Of a DNA stretch of 64,000 nucleotides, positions 59,733 to 64,000 are shown piece after piece. A model generated the notes under the pieces. It made no database searches. It was not told the origin of the DNA and saw only the letters and a list, made by a program, of their open reading frames with translations. Source of the DNA: Bacteroidia bacterium (GTDB lineage: Bacteria; Bacteroidota; Bacteroidia; Palsa-965); assembly GCA_039918435.1 (NCBI GenBank), contig JBDSHN010000073.1:14267-78266 (forward strand), in the 5' to 3' direction. How positions within the stretch are numbered: position 1 is the stretch's first letter; every line of letters starts with the position of its first letter. A program made the translations under genes and the position numbers.

Positions 59733-59771
59733 CTGTTATCTCTTCTTGAATTTGTGTTTAAATGAAATGAA

Positions 59772-60194
59772 TTATACGCGGCGACGTTTTGGAGGACGGC
59801 AGCCATTGTGTGGGATCGGCGTAAGATCGATGATCTCAGTTACTTCGATTCCGGCCTGGTTAAGTGTACGGATTGCAGACTCACGACCTGCTCCCGGACC
59901 TTTAACATAGACTTTCACTTTGCGAAGACCAGATTCAAAAGCAACTTTCGCTGCATCTGAAGAAGCGGTCTGCGCTGCGTATGGCGTGTTTTTCTTAGAA
60001 CCACGGAAACCCATTTTACCGGCGCTTGACCAGGAAATGGTCTGACCGGTCATATTGGTCAATGTGATAATGATATTGTTGAAGGTTGCATTGATGTGTG
60101 CTTCACCAACTGCCTCAACTTTAACAACACGTTTTTTTGCGGGGGCTTTTGCCGCGGCACCTTTGCCCGTTGTAGTAGCTGCTTGTTTAGCCAT
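59772..60194 (-). CDS. rpsK: 30S ribosomal protein S11
   Basis: ...[37 protein letters not shown]... Confidence 0.95.
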   Translation of the reverse strand: MAKQAATTTGKGAAAKAPAKKRVVKVEAVGEAHINATFNNIIITLTNMTGQTISWSSAGKMGFRGSKKNTPYAAQTASSDAAKVAFESGLRKVKVYVKGPGAGRESAIRTLNQAGIEVTEIIDLTPIPHNGCRPPKRRRV

Positions 60195-60254
60195 GATTTG
60201 TTTTCAGTATCCGCCCTGGTGAATTGATTTACCAGCTCAGCGAATGGATTTTTA

Positions 60255-60632
60255 TTATTTGGTTACCTTTTTCTTGTTGGCAACTGTTTTGCGTTTTCCT
60301 TTACGGGTACGCGAGTTGTTCTTCGTGGTTTGTCCGCGAACAGGCAGGCCGAGACGGTGACGAATGCCACGGTAGCTTCCAATGTCCATGAGACGTTTAA
60401 TGTGCAGCTGCACTTCAGAACGTAATGCACCTTCGACTTTTACTTTGTCGCCGATGAGCGTACGGATCTTTCCGAGCTGTTCATCATTCCATTCAGAAAC
60501 TTTGATATCCCAATTGATATCCGCTTCAGTTAGAATTTTCTGGGCTGTGCTACGGCCTACACCGTAGATATAGGTTAAGCCTATAACGCCTCTTTTGTTT
60601 TTTGGTAAATCGATACCAGCAATCCTTGCCAT
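60255..60632 (-). CDS. rpsM: 30S ribosomal protein S13
   Basis: [26 protein letters not shown]... Confidence 0.97.
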   Translation of the reverse strand: MARIAGIDLPKNKRGVIGLTYIYGVGRSTAQKILTEADINWDIKVSEWNDEQLGKIRTLIGDKVKVEGALRSEVQLHIKRLMDIGSYRGIRHRLGLPVRGQTTKNNSRTRKGKRKTVANKKKVTK

Positions 60633-60673
60633 TTATCGTGAGTTATTATTGTTTCATTAATCCGTGACCGAAA

Positions 60674-60793
60674 TCAGTTTTTCTGACGCTGTTTGTATTT
60701 CGGGTTCTTTTTGTTGATCACATAAAGACGACCCTTGCGGCGCACCACAATGCACTCCGGGCTTCTTTTCTTTATTGATGTTCTGACTTTCAT
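60674..60793 (-). CDS. rpmJ: 50S ribosomal protein L36 (39 aa, below the ORF-track cutoff)
   Basis: The reverse complement translates to [39 protein letters not shown]. It sits between infA and rpsM in the canonical position. Confidence 0.85.
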   Translation of the reverse strand: MKVRTSIKKRSPECIVVRRKGRLYVINKKNPKYKQRQKN

Positions 60794-60838
60794 TTTCGTT
60801 GTTATTAGTCGTTTGTATCAACGGGATGAATCCCATTG

Positions 60839-61057
60839 TTATTTGTACCTGTATGATATTCTCCCTTTTGTCAAATCGTAAGGCGAAATTTCAACTTTCA
60901 CTTTATCTCCCGGCAGGATCTTGATGTAATGCATCCTCATCTTGCCTGAAATGTGAGCAGTAATAACGTGTCCATTCTCAAGCTCCACACGAAACATCGC
61001 GTTGGAAAGTGATTCGAGGATTGTTCCGTCCTGCTCAATACTTGGTGTTTTTGCCAT
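60839..61057 (-). CDS. infA: Translation initiation factor IF-1
   Basis: [53 protein letters not shown]... Confidence 0.97.
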   Translation of the reverse strand: MAKTPSIEQDGTILESLSNAMFRVELENGHVITAHISGKMRMHYIKILPGDKVKVEISPYDLTKGRISYRYK

Positions 61058-61079
61058 TTATCTTTTTTCGTTCTGCCTG

Positions 61080-61871
61080 TTACCAAGCATCCTGATTTTT
61101 TTCTTTTAAAACCTGTTCGATCTCTTCGAACGATGACAGAATATCCACTTTGTTTATTCCTACTGCAATTGTATGCTCAAAATGTGCTGATGGCAAACCA
61201 TCACTTGTCGTGATCGTCCATCCATCGCGATCCTGGCGGATATTTTTCTTACCCATATTCACCATCGGCTCCACTGCGATAACCAACCCTTCTGCAAGCT
61301 TCGGTCCCGTTCCCTTTTTTCCATAATTCGGAACTTCGGGTTCTTCGTGCAGATGTTTTCCAACACCGTGCCCAACGAGCTCACGTACGATCGAGTACCC
61401 GTTTTTCTCAGCATGCGATTGAACAGCTTCGCTGATATCTCCGATTCTTCCTCCTGCAACTGCTTTTTCAAGTCCTTTGTAAAGACTCTCCTTGGTCACA
61501 CGCAGCAAACTCAGAATTTCAGGTTTTACATTCCCAACCGGAAACGTAAATGCCGAATCGCCATAGAAACCATTCATCACCACTCCGCAATCCACTGAAA
61601 TTATGTCTCCATCCTGAAGCACATATTTTCCGGGCATTCCGTGCACCACCTGCGCATTCGGCGACATACAAAGTGTGCCGGGGAATCCGCGATAGCCTTT
61701 GAACGCCGGCTTGCCGCCATTGTCCATGATGAACGTCTCTGCTATTTTATCAATAGCTGCAGTAGTTACACCGGGTTTAATTTCCCGTGCGACTGTTGCG
61801 AGGGTTCTGCCAACAAGTAAAGAACTTAGTCGTATTAATTCAATCTCTTCTTTTGTCTTATAATGAATCAT
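61080..61871 (-). CDS. map: Methionine aminopeptidase type I
   Basis: MetAP-I blocks (VHGMPG..., DGDIISVDCG..., GHGVGKHLHEEP...). Confidence 0.95.
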   Translation of the reverse strand: MIHYKTKEEIELIRLSSLLVGRTLATVAREIKPGVTTAAIDKIAETFIMDNGGKPAFKGYRGFPGTLCMSPNAQVVHGMPGKYVLQDGDIISVDCGVVMNGFYGDSAFTFPVGNVKPEILSLLRVTKESLYKGLEKAVAGGRIGDISEAVQSHAEKNGYSIVRELVGHGVGKHLHEEPEVPNYGKKGTGPKLAEGLVIAVEPMVNMGKKNIRQDRDGWTITTSDGLPSAHFEHTIAVGINKVDILSSFEEIEQVLKEKNQDAW

Positions 61872-61880
61872 AACATTCCA

Positions 61881-63230
61881 TTAGTACTGCGCTGATGCGC
61901 CTTGCATACCAACAGTTGAACGACCCTTGATACGACCTGATTTCATCAATCCATCGTAATGACGCATTAAGAGATAGCTTTCAATTTGTTGAAGCGTGTC
62001 AAGCACAACACCTACAAGGATGAGGATACTTGTTCCGCCATAAAACTGTGCGAATTCGTTTGATACTCCAAAGTGGATAACAATAGCAGGAAGGATCGCA
62101 ACAAACGCGAGCATAACAGCGCCTGGTAAAGTGATGCGCGACATTACCTGATCAATATATTCAGCGGTTCTCTTTCCTGGCTTAACACCCGGGATGTAAC
62201 CTTCATTACGTTTCATCTCTTCCGCCATCATGTTAGGATTAACCGTGATCGCTGTGTAGAAATAGGTAAATACGATAATGAGAATGGATGAAGCCAAATT
62301 ATACCAGAAACCATGCGTGTTCCCGAATTCCCGTACAAACCAGCTATCTCCTGAGCTTCCGAAACCTGCAAGCTGAATTGGAATCATAACGATAGCCTGT
62401 GCGAAGATAATCGGCATTACACCGGATGCATTCACTTTCAATGGAATGTAGTTACGCTGTCCGCCATACTGTCGATTTCCGACTACACGTTTTGCAAAAT
62501 GGATCGGGATGCGGCGTGTTCCTTGTACAAGGAGAATACATCCAACAATTACCATCAGGAGAACTGCGAGTTCGACGAGGAACATGATAAGACCACCGCC
62601 TGATGCTTCAAGACGTGATCCGAATTCAGAGCTGATAGCGAAAGGAAGACGGGCAACAATTCCGATCATGATGATGAGGGAAATACCGTTACCGATTCCT
62701 TTGTCTGTGATCTTTTCTCCAAGCCACATTACGAATACAGTACCTGTAACGAGCACGAGTACAGACTGGAACCACCAGAATGGGCCTGCATCTACCACTA
62801 CTCCTGCTTTTCCTTCAACTTGTGAAGCAAGATAACCAACCGCCTGCATGGCAGTGATCACAACAGTAAGGTAACGTGTGTATTGGGTGATCTTTTTACG
62901 ACCAGACTCTCCTTCACGCTGCAAACGCTGGAAATGCGGAAGCGCCATGGTGAGAAGTTGGAGAATAATAGATGCCGAGATGTAGGGCATGATTCCCAAC
63001 GCAAAGATTGATGCACGGGAGAAAGCTCCGCCTGCAAAAATGTTAATGAGTTGGAGAATGCCGTTCTGGCTGCCTTGCTGTGAGGCTAATAGTTTTGCGG
63101 GATCAACACCAGGGAGAACGATATAGCTTCCCAAACGGTAGATCAGGAGGAATCCGAGCGTATACAGGATACGCTGACGCAATTCTTCGATTGCAAAAAT
63201 GTTTCTTATGGTCCCTAAGAACTTCTTCAT
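61881..63230 (-). CDS. secY: Preprotein translocase subunit SecY
   Basis: 10-TM SecY signature regions (...GIMPYISASIILQLL..., ...GTRRIPIHFAKR...). Confidence 0.97.
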   Translation of the reverse strand: MKKFLGTIRNIFAIEELRQRILYTLGFLLIYRLGSYIVLPGVDPAKLLASQQGSQNGILQLINIFAGGAFSRASIFALGIMPYISASIILQLLTMALPHFQRLQREGESGRKKITQYTRYLTVVITAMQAVGYLASQVEGKAGVVVDAGPFWWFQSVLVLVTGTVFVMWLGEKITDKGIGNGISLIIMIGIVARLPFAISSEFGSRLEASGGGLIMFLVELAVLLMVIVGCILLVQGTRRIPIHFAKRVVGNRQYGGQRNYIPLKVNASGVMPIIFAQAIVMIPIQLAGFGSSGDSWFVREFGNTHGFWYNLASSILIIVFTYFYTAITVNPNMMAEEMKRNEGYIPGVKPGKRTAEYIDQVMSRITLPGAVMLAFVAILPAIVIHFGVSNEFAQFYGGTSILILVGVVLDTLQQIESYLLMRHYDGLMKSGRIKGRSTVGMQGASAQY

Positions 63231-63231
63231 A

Positions 63232-63681
63232 TTAAAGCGTTGTAGCCGAACCGCCTTGTGCTTCGATGGCTGCCTTTGCTGTTGCTGAGAATGCGTGAAC
63301 TTTTACATCAACTTTTCCTTTCAACTCTCCGCGGCCAAGAATTTTGACCTTATCGCTTTTGGAAACAAGTCCGTTTGCGATGAGTGCTGCGTGGTCGATT
63401 ACGGTAAGATTTTTCTTTTCTACCAACAGCTGCAGAGCGTCAAGGTTAATGCCTTTAAACTCTTTGCGGTTGATGTTAGTGAATCCGAATTTCGGTAAGC
63501 GACGCTGAAGTGGCATCTGCCCTCCTTCAAAACCACGTTTGGATGAATAACCGGAACGTGACTGCGCACCTTTATGTCCTTTAGAAGCCGTGCCACCTTT
63601 TCCTGATCCCTGTCCGCGACCAAGGCGTTTGCCTTCTTTTTTAGTAGAACCTTTTGCCGGTTGTAGGCTGGATAAGTTCAT
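63232..63681 (-). CDS. rplO: 50S ribosomal protein L15
   Basis: MNLSSLQPAKGSTKKEGKRLGRGQGSGKGGTASKGHKG... Confidence 0.95.
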   Translation of the reverse strand: MNLSSLQPAKGSTKKEGKRLGRGQGSGKGGTASKGHKGAQSRSGYSSKRGFEGGQMPLQRRLPKFGFTNINRKEFKGINLDALQLLVEKKNLTVIDHAALIANGLVSKSDKVKILGRGELKGKVDVKVHAFSATAKAAIEAQGGSATTL

Positions 63682-63702
63682 TGTCTTCTGCTATTAGTAT
63701 TA

Positions 63703-63882
63703 TTAAATATTTTCCACTTTAACCAGGTGATGTACGGCTGCGCACATACCCATGATCTGTGGTGTAGCTTCTTTCTCAACAGAACCGTGTACCTTTCTGA
63801 TACCTAAAGCAAGTAATGTTCGCTTTTGATATTCCGGATAATCGATTTTGCTTTTGATCTGTGTAATTCTGACTTTCGCCAT
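63703..63882 (-). CDS. rpmD: 50S ribosomal protein L30 (59 aa, below the ORF-track cutoff)
   Basis: The reverse complement translates to MAKVRITQIKSKIDYPEYQKRTLLALGIRKVHGSVEKEATPQIMGMCAAVHHLVKVENI. Confidence 0.85.
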   Translation of the reverse strand: MAKVRITQIKSKIDYPEYQKRTLLALGIRKVHGSVEKEATPQIMGMCAAVHHLVKVENI

Positions 63883-63894
63883 GATGGTAATTTA

Positions 63895-64000
63895 TTAACC
63901 GTTGAATACTTTATCCATTGTGATTCCGCGTTGCTGGGCTACTGCGAATGCATCACGCATGTGCATGAGCGCGTCCATTGTAGCTTTCACCACGTTGTGC
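63895..64000 (-). CDS. rpsE: 30S ribosomal protein S5, C-terminal part (gene continues beyond the window end)
   Basis: The reverse complement ends ...[34 protein letters not shown]. Position upstream of rpmD fits the spc operon order. Confidence 0.8.
   Translation of the reverse strand, partial: HNVVKATMDALMHMRDAFAVAQQRGITMDKVFNG

Overview
This window reads as a Bacteroidota chromosome segment (AT-rich, T9SS C-terminal sorting domain, many LytTR regulators). Coordinates below were read off the printed sequence and may be off by a base or two.

- 1..7.2 kb: a signalling/stress cluster. It holds a 5'-partial hybrid PAS/HAMP histidine kinase with REC and Hpt domains, a LytTR regulator, a lone REC protein, a tandem UspA, and an ECF sigma factor translationally coupled to a ChrR-like cupin anti-sigma factor.
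- 7.2..28 kb, accessory region:
  - an ABC exporter, a beta-barrel OMP, and a membrane protein with Tim44-like, zinc-ribbon and TerB-like features, all on the minus strand
  - two large sensor kinases
  - two tandem paralogous small secreted/anchored proteins
  - an MFS transporter and a LytS/LytTR pair
  - a TPR/PP2C phosphatase and a UbiD-family decarboxylase
- 28..36 kb: three paralogous ~770-aa secreted M48-type (HExxH...ExxxAD) metallopeptidases. One is translationally coupled to a small OMP.
- 36..51 kb:
  - a Spo0M-like gene and a decayed paralog of it
  - a frameshifted Y_Y_Y/propeller histidine kinase with its LytTR partner
  - a lipoprotein, a PKHD (PiuC-like) hydroxylase, and a stand-alone secreted Hint/BIL domain protein
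  - a 2455-aa T9SS cargo protein made of 13 CUB-like modules and about 12 Ig-like repeats, with a near-identical ~1.4-kb internal tandem duplication
- 51..53 kb: a 147-aa hypothetical protein and a COG1373-type AAA ATPase preceded by three 32-bp direct repeats.
- 53..64 kb: housekeeping genes, all on the minus strand: gltA, eno, carA, then rplQ-rpoA-rpsD-rpsK-rpsM-rpmJ-infA-map-secY-rplO-rpmD-rpsE (3' partial).

Non-coding structure includes a dispersed GGGACG-rich MITE-like element family (three intergenic copies, one amplified into 4x23-bp tandem units), a 19-bp perfect inverted repeat, nested inverted repeats around a bidirectional terminator, and several clear rho-independent terminators. 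I found no tRNA, rRNA, CRISPR array, transposase or integrase.
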